Origin: a virus
Direction: 5' to 3' (one strand)
IMG/VR virus record: IMGVR_UViG_3300040751_002535
Length of the DNA stretch: 64,000 bases
Part shown: positions 1-8,779 of the stretch, in pieces
Layout: every line of letters starts with the position of its first letter
Position numbering within the stretch: the first letter of the stretch is position 1
The notes under the pieces: generated by a model
Seen by the model: the letters and a program-made list of their open reading frames with translations, nothing else
Database searches by the model: none
Told to the model about the DNA's origin: nothing
Made by a program: the position numbers and the translations under genes

Positions 1-2
1 CA

Positions 3-1346
3 GAAGAGAACCGTGTACGACACATGGACTATGGTGTGCAGTTTAACAAGTTGATGTATGAGCGTTTGATTACAGGCGGAGACATTACATTGTTCTCTCC
101 TGCAGATGTTCCAGGGTTGTACGAAGCATTTTTTGCAGATCAAGACAAGTTCCGCGAGCTGTATGAAACAGCAGAACGTAATACAAGACTACGCAAGAAA
201 ACAGTTAAAGCAAGTGATTTGTTTAGTGCATTTATGGAAGAACGTAAAAACACAGGTCGTATCTATTTGCAGAACGTAGACAATGCAAACGATCACGGCG
301 CCTTCCTTCCAGAGCTTGCACCCATTAGACAATCAAACTTGTGCGCAGAGATTGACTTACCAACAAAACCACTAAAGGATCTAAATGATCCTGAAGGCGA
401 GATTAGTCTATGCACACTCAGCGCAATCAACTGGGGCAACATTCGTACTCCAGCAGACTTTGAGCGTGTGTGTCGTTTAGCAGTACGTGGACTAGATGCA
501 CTACTAAGCTATCAGAACTATCCAATCCTAGCAGCACAGTTATCTACAGAGAAGCGCCGTCCTTTAGGTGTTGGCATTATTAACTTTGCATACTGGTTGG
601 CCAAGCACGACTTAACATATCAAAACATCGATGCAGATGGACTTGCACTTGTAGACGAATGGGCAGAAGCATGGAGTTACTACTTAATCAAAGCTAGTGC
701 CGATTTAGCAACAGAGTTTGGTGCACCAAGTGGTAACATGGAAACAAAGTATGGACACGGTATTACACCTAACCAAACATACAAGAAAGACCTAGACGAG
801 TTGATTCCACATGTTGAGCGTATGGATTGGGATACACTTAGAGCACAGCTAAAAGACACAGGCATTCGTAACAGTACATTGATGGCACTTATGCCAAGTG
901 AAACAAGTGCGCAGATTGCCAATGCTACAAACGGTATTGAACCGCCACGTAGTCTTATCAGTGTTAAACAATCCAAGCATGGTGTACTAAAACAAGTTGT
1001 ACCAGAGTTCAAGCGTCTAAAGAACAAGTACGACTTGCTATGGGATCAACAGTCGCCAGAAGGTTACTTAAAGATCATGGCTGTACTACAGAAGTATATT
1101 GATCAAGGCATTAGTATTAACACAAGTTACAATCCAATCTTCTTTGATGACGAAAAGATTCCAATGAGTACAATGCTACAACACATGTTGATGTTCTACA
1201 AGTATGGTGGCAAACAGTTGTATTATTTCAATACCAATGACGGCCAAGGCGAACTTGATATTACCAAACTAATGGGCGATCAAGCATTACCAGAACTAGA
1301 GCAAGCAACAATCGATGAAGAAGATTGCGAAAGTTGCACAATATAA
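3..1346 (+). CDS. nrdA: Ribonucleotide reductase class Ia alpha subunit, 5'-truncated by the window edge
   Basis: SNLCAEI catalytic motif, MPSETSAQIANATNGIEP, C-terminal CESC pair; frame open from the window start. Confidence 0.97.
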   Translation, partial: EENRVRHMDYGVQFNKLMYERLITGGDITLFSPADVPGLYEAFFADQDKFRELYETAERNTRLRKKTVKASDLFSAFMEERKNTGRIYLQNVDNANDHGAFLPELAPIRQSNLCAEIDLPTKPLKDLNDPEGEISLCTLSAINWGNIRTPADFERVCRLAVRGLDALLSYQNYPILAAQLSTEKRRPLGVGIINFAYWLAKHDLTYQNIDADGLALVDEWAEAWSYYLIKASADLATEFGAPSGNMETKYGHGITPNQTYKKDLDELIPHVERMDWDTLRAQLKDTGIRNSTLMALMPSETSAQIANATNGIEPPRSLISVKQSKHGVLKQVVPEFKRLKNKYDLLWDQQSPEGYLKIMAVLQKYIDQGISINTSYNPIFFDDEKIPMSTMLQHMLMFYKYGGKQLYYFNTNDGQGELDITKLMGDQALPELEQATIDEEDCESCTI

Positions 1347-1409
1347 AACTTGACATGCTTGTAATAGTATGCTACAAACACAGCGAAACAACCATTAAGG
1401 AACACACAC

Positions 1410-2537
1410 ATGAGCGTTTTTAACACAGCAAACAAAGCAGACCACACCAAGGTCACTGCATTTTTAGATCCAACAGGTGGTCCAACTATTCAGCGTTATG
1501 ATACGCTGAAGTATAAAAGTTTTGACAGTCTAACTGATAAACAGCTTGGATTCTTTTGGCGTCCTGAAGAAGTTGATATCTATCAAGATGCTAAAGACTT
1601 TAAAGCGCTCAGTGAACACGAGCGACACATCTTTACTAGTAACCTCAAGCGTCAGATCCTACTAGACAGTGTACAAGGTCGTGCACCAGTAGAAGCATTT
1701 GCTCCTATTGTAAGTTTGCCAGAGATTGAAAACTGGATCCAAACATGGACATTCTCAGAGACTATTCACTCACGTAGCTACACACATATTATTCGCAACG
1801 TATACAGCAACCCTAGTAAAATCTTTGACGAGATGATGGACATTGATGAGATTGTAGATTGTGCTGGAGATATTTCAAAGTATTACGACGACTTGATTGA
1901 GATGAGCAGTTGGTACAACTTGTTAGGCGAAGGAAAGCATAAAGTTAACGGTAAGACTATTAATGTTGATCTTTATGAACTAAAGAAACTACTATGGCTT
2001 ACACTAATGAGTGTTAACATTCTCGAAGGTGTTCGTTTCTATGTGAGTTTTGCATGTAGTTGGGCGTTTGCTGAAATGAAACAAATGGAAGGCAATGCCA
2101 AGATCATTAAGTTGATTGCACGTGACGAGAACTTGCACCTAGCAAGTACACAAATGTTGTTGAAGATTCTTAAAACAGATGATCCTGTGTTTGAACAGAT
2201 TGCAAAAGAAACAGAACAAGAATGTATCGATATGTTTGTTGATGCAGTTGATCAAGAAAAAGCCTGGGCAGAGTATTTGTTCAAAGACGGATCTATGATT
2301 GGACTTAACACAGCACTACTGAGTGATTACATTGAATGGATTTGCACACGCAGAATGACCAATGTTAATCTAAAGTCACCATACAGTGTAAAAAGCAATC
2401 CTCTACCATGGACACAGAAATGGATCTCAGGTGCTGATGTGCAAGTGGCTCCACAAGAAACAGAGATTACAAGTTATGTATCAGGTGGCACAAAACAAGA
2501 TGTAAGCACAGATACATTTAAAGGATTTTCGTTATGA
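1410..2537 (+). CDS. nrdB: Ribonucleotide reductase class Ia beta subunit
   Basis: FFWRPEEV, ETIHSRSY (radical Tyr), EGVRFYVSF, DENLH and APQE motifs. Confidence 0.97.
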   Translation: MSVFNTANKADHTKVTAFLDPTGGPTIQRYDTLKYKSFDSLTDKQLGFFWRPEEVDIYQDAKDFKALSEHERHIFTSNLKRQILLDSVQGRAPVEAFAPIVSLPEIENWIQTWTFSETIHSRSYTHIIRNVYSNPSKIFDEMMDIDEIVDCAGDISKYYDDLIEMSSWYNLLGEGKHKVNGKTINVDLYELKKLLWLTLMSVNILEGVRFYVSFACSWAFAEMKQMEGNAKIIKLIARDENLHLASTQMLLKILKTDDPVFEQIAKETEQECIDMFVDAVDQEKAWAEYLFKDGSMIGLNTALLSDYIEWICTRRMTNVNLKSPYSVKSNPLPWTQKWISGADVQVAPQETEITSYVSGGTKQDVSTDTFKGFSL

Positions 2538-2785
2538 TTATGATTTGGGGTAAACCACAATGTCCTTTCTGTGACAAAGCAAAACGTTTGTTAGACTCAC
2601 GAGAGATTGCATATGAGTACAAGCAACTTGGTGTGGACTTTGAACGTGAAGATGTTCTTGCAGAGTTTCCAGAAGCACGAACGTTCCCCCAGATTGTTAT
2701 CAACGGATTAAAAATAGGCGGGTATGAACAACTTGGAACATACTTGGAAGAAACAGGCTACAACGGAACAGGAATGACACTATGA
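2534..2785 (+). CDS. Glutaredoxin (NrdC-like)
   Basis: CPFC active site, RTFPQI and IGGY motifs; coupled to nrdB. Confidence 0.92.
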   Translation: MIMIWGKPQCPFCDKAKRLLDSREIAYEYKQLGVDFEREDVLAEFPEARTFPQIVINGLKIGGYEQLGTYLEETGYNGTGMTL

Positions 2786-3072
2786 TTATTGAAGCACCAT
2801 ACAAAGCAACAGACACAGTAACTATTAGAACTACAGCAGGCGAAGAGATTGTAGGTAGATTTGTAGAAGAAGATGGTAACCATATTAAAATAACCAAGCC
2901 ACTTGCACTACAAGCAAGTCAGCAAGGCATTGGGCTAGGGCCGTGGGTGTTTACTGTAGATCCTGCCAGCACCATTAAACTAAATAAAAGTGCAATAGTA
3001 TTTGTACACAAGACAGAAAAAGATATGGCCAGTCAGTATGTACAAGCAACAACAGGATTAGCAGTAGCTTAG
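2782..3072 (+). CDS. Hypothetical protein, possibly Sm/SH3-like beta-barrel
   Basis: Overlaps the previous stop; TTAGEEIVG-type beta-rich pattern. Confidence 0.55.
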   Translation: MIIEAPYKATDTVTIRTTAGEEIVGRFVEEDGNHIKITKPLALQASQQGIGLGPWVFTVDPASTIKLNKSAIVFVHKTEKDMASQYVQATTGLAVA

Positions 3073-3080
3073 GAGTATAG

Positions 3081-3482
3081 ATGCCAGGATTAGCATACAA
3101 AGACGGAAAAAGCAGTGTTGCTTGCACCGATGGTGTTAGAGGATCGGTTTGTCGAACAGTAACTAGAGGAGATCCTCCGGTAACTGTACCTGTTGCGTGG
3201 AACTGGAATGTAGATACTACACAATCTAGTAATGCTGGCAGCGGGAATGTATTTGCTAATGGCATAGGTGTTGTTAGAAAAGACGATGTTATGAAAAGTC
3301 ATCCGCACGGAGATCCTTGTACAGCAAGTCCTGTAAATCATTCGCCGCCACTGGATACTTATTCTCCAAATGTTTATGCCAATGGCAAACCAATAGGTCG
3401 AATAGGTGATCATTATGATGGTGACGGCACCTCTCAAACACACCAAATAACCTCCGGTAGTTCTAACGTTTTTGCCAACTAA
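3081..3482 (+). CDS. PAAR-like baseplate spike-tip protein (T4 gp5.4-like)
   Basis: Repeated GSxNVFAN, VYANGKPIGRIGD, His/Cys metal ligands; SD AGGAG. Confidence 0.85.
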   Translation: MPGLAYKDGKSSVACTDGVRGSVCRTVTRGDPPVTVPVAWNWNVDTTQSSNAGSGNVFANGIGVVRKDDVMKSHPHGDPCTASPVNHSPPLDTYSPNVYANGKPIGRIGDHYDGDGTSQTHQITSGSSNVFAN

Positions 3483-3494
3483 TATGATTAGGAC

Positions 3495-3523
3495 TTGACA
3501 GTCTGTTTACCTTGTGTTAATAT
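3495..3523 (+). promoter_or_regulatory. Sigma70-like promoter
   Basis: TTGACA-N17-TAATAT upstream of the gene at 3558. Confidence 0.6.
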
Positions 3524-3557
3524 AAAGCATAACAAAGGCAAATAGAAAGAGGCACTT

Positions 3558-4145
3558 ATGGAAAAGATTATTGTAACAGACTGCGATGGCGTACTACTCA
3601 ACTGGGAGTATGCTTTCTGCGCTTGGATGACACAACATGGTTATACTGAAATCGAAGATGGCAACAAAGAATACAATATTGGTAAACGATTTGGTATTAC
3701 ATTAGAAGAGGCTATCAAGCAAGTTGTAATCTTTAACGAAAGTGCAGCAATGGCATTCCTGCCAGCACTACGTGATGCACGTTATTATGTCAAACGACTA
3801 CACGAAGAGCATGGTTATGTGTTTCATTGTATTACAAGTATGAGCCTTGATCCTAATGCTAAAAAGCTACGTCAAATGAACTTGGACAAGTTGTTTGGGC
3901 CAACAGCGTTTCCAGTACTAGAGTGTTTAGACACAGGTGCAGACAAAGAGGAAGCACTTGAAAAATATCGTGACACTGGTTACTATTGGATTGAAGACAA
4001 GTTTTCAAATGCAGTTGCAGGCCAAGCAGTAGGTATGCGTCCTATCTTGATCGAACACGGTTGGAACATGAACGAAGTTTTACCAGATGGTATGAAAAAA
4101 GTCACAACTTGGAAAGAGCTTTATGGACACATTGTAGGTGACTGA
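3558..4145 (+). CDS. HAD-superfamily phosphatase/nucleotidase (T4 gp30.2-like)
   Basis: N-terminal DCDGVL and C-terminal WIEDK motifs. Confidence 0.8.
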   Translation: MEKIIVTDCDGVLLNWEYAFCAWMTQHGYTEIEDGNKEYNIGKRFGITLEEAIKQVVIFNESAAMAFLPALRDARYYVKRLHEEHGYVFHCITSMSLDPNAKKLRQMNLDKLFGPTAFPVLECLDTGADKEEALEKYRDTGYYWIEDKFSNAVAGQAVGMRPILIEHGWNMNEVLPDGMKKVTTWKELYGHIVGD

Positions 4146-4326
4146 GTTGAGTGAAATACATGACGCAATGAAAGTTGCCTTTGCAACTTACGTTAAGGAA
4201 TCAGAGAAGTTTGAACAAGAAGGTGTGAAAGTAAGTGCTGTTCGTGCTCGACAAGCTCTCAATGATTTAAAAACATTAATAACAGAGCGTCGAAAAGAAA
4301 TACAAGATCAAAAGTTAAAAACATGA
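4138..4326 (+). CDS. Small basic histone H1-like (Hc1-like) protein
   Basis: GVKVSAVRARQALNDLK...RRKEIQ resembles the GNKAAGTRARK family motif. Confidence 0.55.
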   Translation: MTELSEIHDAMKVAFATYVKESEKFEQEGVKVSAVRARQALNDLKTLITERRKEIQDQKLKT

Positions 4327-4646
4327 GCGAAAAACAATACCTGTACAATATTGCTGACAAAGTTTCTTTGTATGCACAAGCAAAGCAAAATGCCATTGAC
4401 TTCCTAGTAAAGAACGAAATAAAAGATCGCAACAGCATTCAGAACTGTTTGATTATGAGTCAAATATGGACGGCTGCACAGATAGATGATACTATCACAA
4501 TAAATGATATTATGATATATCTTGGCAACAACGAGCCTGCTGACGACGATCTTGATATAAAAGAAGTTGTGCTGGATGATGAAATGAAACATCTTACCCT
4601 CAATGAAATATTAGAAGTGGCTTTAGATTCAGATGATGGTATTTGA
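4323..4646 (+). CDS. Hypothetical protein
   Basis: Translationally coupled (ATGA overlap). Confidence 0.6.
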   Translation: MSEKQYLYNIADKVSLYAQAKQNAIDFLVKNEIKDRNSIQNCLIMSQIWTAAQIDDTITINDIMIYLGNNEPADDDLDIKEVVLDDEMKHLTLNEILEVALDSDDGI

Positions 4647-4869
4647 TATTGGTTGTGCAACTATCAATGTATGTGAAGATACTGCAAAATGTGCAGTAGA
4701 TAATATACAACATGATGATGTAGTGTTGGTTGCTGAGTTCTGTGACAAAAATAACTATGTAGTAGATGTAGTTTGTGGAGATGCAGCACAAGAGTTGATT
4801 TACTACACATTAGGTACTGAGTTAACTCAACAAGAGCTTGAAAAATATATACAAAAAGAATTCTGTTAG
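4633..4869 (+). CDS. Hypothetical protein
   Basis: Overlapping ORF in the operon. Confidence 0.55.
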   Translation: MMVFDIGCATINVCEDTAKCAVDNIQHDDVVLVAEFCDKNNYVVDVVCGDAAQELIYYTLGTELTQQELEKYIQKEFC

Positions 4870-4900
4870 CGTCAACATTTTGTAAAAGAGTAAATACATT

Positions 4901-5107
4901 ATGCTGAAGAAAATAGGACAAAATGACCTAAAAGAAGAATATAGAATATTCTTTATGGTCAAAGGTCACCTCGACGCATCACCTCAAACAGTTATGGAAT
5001 GTTATAACGGATACTTCAATCGCCTTTGGCGTGACGGAGCCGATGGTGGACCTCTTTATGAATATGATGAACAGTTTGAACACGCCTGGGAGAAAAAAGT
5101 ATGGTAA
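4901..5107 (+). CDS. Hypothetical protein
   Basis: TAAATA-N4-ATG start. Confidence 0.55.
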   Translation: MLKKIGQNDLKEEYRIFFMVKGHLDASPQTVMECYNGYFNRLWRDGADGGPLYEYDEQFEHAWEKKVW

Positions 5108-5313
5108 CCTCGAAAATAGCGCAACTTAGCGAAACAGATTTAGATTATCTAGATCAACTACTACATCGAGAGTTTTCAAAGCAGTGCAACAACAGCACAC
5201 AATGGAAAACAAAGAACAATAGCACCTATCCATACGACAACTCCAAACAACTTGTAAGATTAATGGACGCTGTTCGCAGTCAAAAAAAACTCTTGACAAT
5301 GCCCAAATGGTAG
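5101..5313 (+). CDS. Hypothetical protein
   Basis: SD GGAG; overlaps the previous gene. Confidence 0.55.
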   Translation: MVTSKIAQLSETDLDYLDQLLHREFSKQCNNSTQWKTKNNSTYPYDNSKQLVRLMDAVRSQKKLLTMPKW

Positions 5314-5323
5314 TGTATAAATA
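5293..5323 (+). promoter_or_regulatory. tmRNA promoter: sigma70-like, overlapping a T4-late-like TATAAATA
   Basis: TTGACA(5293)-N17-TATAAA(5316), which extends to TATAAATA. Confidence 0.7.
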
Positions 5324-5325
5324 GT

Positions 5326-5635
5326 ATTGTAACGTTGAAGCAATTCAAACGACATTCTGGACCCGGGGGCGGTACCCGGCGACTCCACCAAAAATACATT
5401 CTGCTTACTGTATAGCAGAAGCAACAGGCTGATAAACTGGGAATGTATTTTTGATGGGGTCGAAATAGGATCGACAGGTGTTTAATAGGGTTAGTGGAGT
5501 TACCGGGATGTAAGCGCCGTTACCGCGAACAAACATTCTAAATGCAAACGCAAATAGAGCGCCAGAAATGGCAATGGCAGCCTAAGTAAAAGGCTTCCGG
5601 GGTTAGAGGAGCCCCTAGCAACAGAATGCTCCTCA
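5326..5635 (+). ncRNA. ssrA: Permuted two-piece tmRNA, alphaproteobacterial type; outer ends approximate
   Basis: Acceptor piece ends CGACTCCACCA at 5390; self-complementary intervening segment 5391-5455; coding piece starts GGGGTCGAAATAGGATCGAC at 5456 with a G3.U pair; tag ORF 5544-5585 ANANRAPEMAMAA*. Confidence 0.93.
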
Positions 5636-5663
5636 CTGCTACACTTTAACGCAGTGTCTTTAC

Positions 5664-5692
5664 TTGACTTTACACTTTTTCCATGCTATATA
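5664..5692 (+). promoter_or_regulatory. Sigma70-like promoter
   Basis: TTGACT-N17-TATATA with extended -10 TG. Confidence 0.6.
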
Positions 5693-5719
5693 TAATACAC
5701 ACACAAAAAAGGATTTATT

Positions 5720-6082
5720 ATGAATACCTCTCCAAAGCCTATCGGTTGGGCAACAACAATCAAAACAGTATTAAGTATTCCACGTGACATGTGGGACAGC
5801 GTAATGACCATTGAAAAATCACCACTACGCAACTTAGACCCTATGGTAGCACATATGATTTTCCAGTGTCTATTCTTTATCTGGAGCGGCTTGTTTGCTG
5901 TGATGATCGGCAGCTATATGGCGTTTGGCATTAGTGCAGTATTCCATATGGTATTAATCAGTGGAGTTACAATCACAGCAGTGACATTCCGTCAAGCAGA
6001 AAACAATCCAGAATCAATCAACAAACTGCTCAAGAGCGGTAAAAAGTATAACGGCCGAGCAGCAGATGGAGAACATGTTTAA
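5720..6082 (+). CDS. Hypothetical membrane protein
   Basis: Two hydrophobic segments; SD AAGGA. Confidence 0.7.
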   Translation: MNTSPKPIGWATTIKTVLSIPRDMWDSVMTIEKSPLRNLDPMVAHMIFQCLFFIWSGLFAVMIGSYMAFGISAVFHMVLISGVTITAVTFRQAENNPESINKLLKSGKKYNGRAADGEHV

Positions 6083-6234
6083 TGTTTAAAGGACTAGCAC
6101 TATCATTTTTCGTTATAATTCTGATGTTTACAGTAGTACCTATTGGCATAACTATACTCACCTTGGGTGTAGATGAATATGCTAGTAACTGCAAGCAAGC
6201 AATTCATATGCCATGTTTTGGTTTAAGCGAATGA
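6082..6234 (+). CDS. Small membrane protein (50 aa, absent from the ORF track)
   Basis: MFKGLALSFFVIILMFTVVPIG...CKQAIHMPCFGLSE*; coupled by TAATG and ATGA overlaps. Confidence 0.6.
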   Translation: MFKGLALSFFVIILMFTVVPIGITILTLGVDEYASNCKQAIHMPCFGLSE

Positions 6235-6452
6235 AACCAAACAACAACTTTGAACTTACAGTAAGAGACATTGAAGTCATTGAATCAGCACTACGAGCAA
6301 AAGCTGGACGCAGAGGAATGGCTATTGTTCAAGGTGAAACATCGCCTCAGCTCAAAGCAGAAATGCATGAACTACAAGAACTACTAGGCAGAATACACAA
6401 TCAAAAGAATTGGTACAAGCCCAAAGACGACCGCTTTCAAGGAGGCGGATAA
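6231..6452 (+). CDS. Hypothetical protein
   Basis: ATGA overlap with the previous ORF; MKPNNNFELTVRD start. Confidence 0.6.
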   Translation: MKPNNNFELTVRDIEVIESALRAKAGRRGMAIVQGETSPQLKAEMHELQELLGRIHNQKNWYKPKDDRFQGGG

Positions 6453-6474
6453 CCATATACGAAAGGAACATGAT

Positions 6475-6915
6475 ATGGCAAGACTACTAACGACTATTGG
6501 ACTATTAATGGCAATGGCAACAAGTGCATTTGCAGAAGATGTTACACTAGAAATGTGGAACAAAGACCCAGACGACAAAAAACGCAAAATGGTGTTCTCA
6601 CAAGAGATTGTAACTATTGATGTAGGCGAAAGTGTTACTTGGTTGGCAACAGACAAAGGTCACAATGTACAAATGATTGATGGACCAGACGGTGTTAAAC
6701 TGCCAGGTAAATCAAAAGTATCAAAAGATATAACACTGTCATTTGACACACCAGGTGTCTATGTATATGTTTGTACCCCACACGCAAGTATGGGTATGAT
6801 CGGTATTGTTGTTGTCGGTGAACTTACACAAGAAGCTATTGACGCAGTGCGTGACGCAAAACTACGTGGCAAGTCAAAGAAAAAGTTTGAGGCTCTGTTA
6901 GCAGAACTACCTTGA
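6475..6915 (+). CDS. Pseudoazurin-like type-1 blue copper protein
   Basis: Signal peptide; GHNV and YVCTPHASMGM copper ligands (His, Cys, His, Met). Confidence 0.9.
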   Translation: MARLLTTIGLLMAMATSAFAEDVTLEMWNKDPDDKKRKMVFSQEIVTIDVGESVTWLATDKGHNVQMIDGPDGVKLPGKSKVSKDITLSFDTPGVYVYVCTPHASMGMIGIVVVGELTQEAIDAVRDAKLRGKSKKKFEALLAELP

Positions 6916-7124
6916 ACTGGATCGAAATAGATAAAATGCTCTACGGCATTATAGCACGACATGATGCCGTAGAGGACATGCTCAAAGAAGCTAAGACACA
7001 ATTCAAGTGGACGGATTCACAAGCACAAGCAGCACTAAAACCGTTGCTCAAACGCAACAACTTTGAAGAAGTTTTACCCAAAATCATTAAAAAGACATCA
7101 AAACGCTCGACAAAACGGAAGTAG
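6912..7124 (+). CDS. Hypothetical protein
   Basis: TTG start overlapping the previous stop. Confidence 0.5.
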   Translation: MNWIEIDKMLYGIIARHDAVEDMLKEAKTQFKWTDSQAQAALKPLLKRNNFEEVLPKIIKKTSKRSTKRK

Positions 7125-7140
7125 ATGTTATAACTATTAT

Positions 7141-7175
7141 AGTGAAAGGGCAAGTGTGGTTACTTGCCCTTTACT
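7141..7175 (+). terminator. Long hairpin before the porin gene (terminator or 5' stabiliser)
   Basis: AGTGAAAGGGCAAGT-GTGGTT-ACTTGCCCTTTACT. Confidence 0.55.
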
Positions 7176-7207
7176 ATGTATATACATATTAAAAAAGGAA
7201 CTAAAAT

Positions 7208-8002
7208 ATGCGTAATGTATTTATTACAACAGTAGCCGCTATGGCTATTTCAACAGCAGCATTTGCTGAAGACACAGCAACTCCAGTAATGGGTCCTGTT
7301 ATCTCAGGTGAAGTATCACTTGACTTTGCTGAAACAGCAAACGACAAAATTGGCGGAACAATGGGTCTTGACCTAGGTGTAGACGTAAGTGGAATGGCAA
7401 CTGTAGATTTAGACTTTAGTGCAACAGACGGCAACTCTGTAACATTAGACAACTGGACAGTTGGTACAACAATGGGTACTATAGCAATGGCATTTGGTGA
7501 TGACAATGGTGTAATGCCAGGCGCTGAAGGTGAGCAAACACTAGCAGCACCAGCAATGACTGAGTCACTACAAGTAACAACAGGTGCAGTAAGTGTAGCA
7601 GTTGGTCTTACAGACTGGACAACAGACATCACAGACGTAAGCAACATTCAAGGCGCTTACACATTGAACGTAGCAAACCTAGATGTAACAGCAGCAGCTG
7701 ACTACAACTTGGACAGTGAAAACACAGTACTAGGTGCAGGTGTAGGTGGACTAGACTTAGGCGTAGCATCACTAGGCGGCGCAATGACTTACGATGTAGA
7801 TGGTGAAACATTTGGTTTTGAAGGTGTAGCAACAACAGGTGGCTTAACAGCATACCTAAACGGTGACGACACAGATGCACTACAAAACATCGGTGGTGAG
7901 TATGAAGTAAATGTAAATGGTGCAACATTTACAGCAGGTGCAAACTATAACATCGATACAGAAGACTTTGCTCCAACAGCAAGCATTGGCTTTGCATTCT
8001 AA
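7208..8002 (+). CDS. Outer-membrane porin-like beta-barrel
   Basis: Signal peptide, alternating beta-strand pattern, acidic, C-terminal IGFAF. Confidence 0.8.
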   Translation: MRNVFITTVAAMAISTAAFAEDTATPVMGPVISGEVSLDFAETANDKIGGTMGLDLGVDVSGMATVDLDFSATDGNSVTLDNWTVGTTMGTIAMAFGDDNGVMPGAEGEQTLAAPAMTESLQVTTGAVSVAVGLTDWTTDITDVSNIQGAYTLNVANLDVTAAADYNLDSENTVLGAGVGGLDLGVASLGGAMTYDVDGETFGFEGVATTGGLTAYLNGDDTDALQNIGGEYEVNVNGATFTAGANYNIDTEDFAPTASIGFAF

Positions 8003-8028
8003 GTTAAACTAATATAAATTACGGCAAC

Positions 8029-8052
8029 AAGGGGCGTTTCGGCGCCCCTTTA
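8029..8052 (+). terminator. Rho-independent terminator
   Basis: AAGGGGCG-TTTCGG-CGCCCCTTT. Confidence 0.75.
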
Positions 8053-8059
8053 TTCTTGA

Positions 8060-8086
8060 CTAAATAATATGGGTACGTTATTTAGA
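8060..8086. promoter_or_regulatory. Inverted-repeat element with TAAATA on both strands, copy 1
   Basis: CTAAATAATATGGGTACGTTATTTAGA; near-identical copy at 8742. Confidence 0.6.
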
Positions 8087-8101
8087 CCGGAGAATTATAA
8101 A

Positions 8102-8695
8102 ATGTGGAAATGGATAGGATATATCACAGCAGTCTTGCCTTTGATTGGTGTGTTGTACGGAGGTCTTAGAATCGCCAGTGATCTACAAACTTCGCTTGAA
8201 CAGTCTATACAGACATCAGCAGATGCTCACGCAAGGATAGATTCTATTGCACAATCTCAAAAAGACATCAACAAGCAACTATTAGATTTACAGTCAATCA
8301 GTGCTGAAGTAAACGGAATTGTAGGATCATTAGAGCGTCAGAAAAATGACTCAGTCACACGTGGTCAATTGGACACATTAAGAGATCAACTCTCAGCACT
8401 GAAAGAATCAATCAGTGCTGAAGTGAACGGAATCGTAGAATCATTAGAGCGTCAGAAAAATGACTCAGTCACACGTGGACAGTTGGACACATTAAGAGAT
8501 CAAATCTACGCACTGAGAGACACACTTGAACAGATGCGTGACATGTCAAACAAAGTTTCAGATATCTACAGCAGACTTGACAAGATAGAACGTGAAGTTA
8601 ACAACACACAGATAGATGATGATAAACGCATCCACAATGCCTTGAAGGACATTGAAGAAATATTTAGACGGTTAGATAGAGCTAATATTGATTAG
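8102..8695 (+). CDS. Membrane-anchored coiled-coil protein with an internal 38-aa duplication
   Basis: N-terminal TM helix and heptad pattern; SD GGAG favours ATG 8102 over the track start 8069. Confidence 0.7.
   Translation: MWKWIGYITAVLPLIGVLYGGLRIASDLQTSLEQSIQTSADAHARIDSIAQSQKDINKQLLDLQSISAEVNGIVGSLERQKNDSVTRGQLDTLRDQLSALKESISAEVNGIVESLERQKNDSVTRGQLDTLRDQIYALRDTLEQMRDMSNKVSDIYSRLDKIEREVNNTQIDDDKRIHNALKDIEEIFRRLDRANID
8294..8516 (+). repeat. Tandem direct repeat, 114-bp period, 2 copies
   Basis: TCAATCAGTGCTGAAGT...GATCAA at 8294 and 8408; SISAEVNGIV...GQLDTLRDQ occurs twice. Confidence 0.9.
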
Positions 8696-8710
8696 GCAAA
8701 CACAACACTA

Positions 8711-8737
8711 AAAGGTCGCCTTGTGCGGCCTTTTTTT
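8711..8737 (+). terminator. Rho-independent terminator
   Basis: AAAGGTCGC-CTTGT-GCGGCC followed by a T7 tract. Confidence 0.75.
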
Positions 8738-8741
8738 ACGG

Positions 8742-8768
8742 CTAAATAATATGGGCACATTATTTAGA
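8742..8768. promoter_or_regulatory. Inverted-repeat element with TAAATA on both strands, copy 2
   Basis: CTAAATAATATGGGCACATTATTTAGA. Confidence 0.6.
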
Positions 8769-8779
8769 GGGAATCAAAA

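Noticed and set aside
1-2537. Introns, inteins or homing endonucleases in nrdA/nrdB
   Set aside because: The visible parts are uninterrupted and of normal length
5359-5390. Apparent isolated tRNA 3' half or attachment site
   Set aside because: Explained as the acceptor piece of the permuted tmRNA; no integrase in the window
8294-8516. Possible CRISPR or DGR template/variable repeat
   Set aside because: Only two adjacent in-frame copies with no spacers, differences not adenine-specific, and no cas or reverse transcriptase gene in the window
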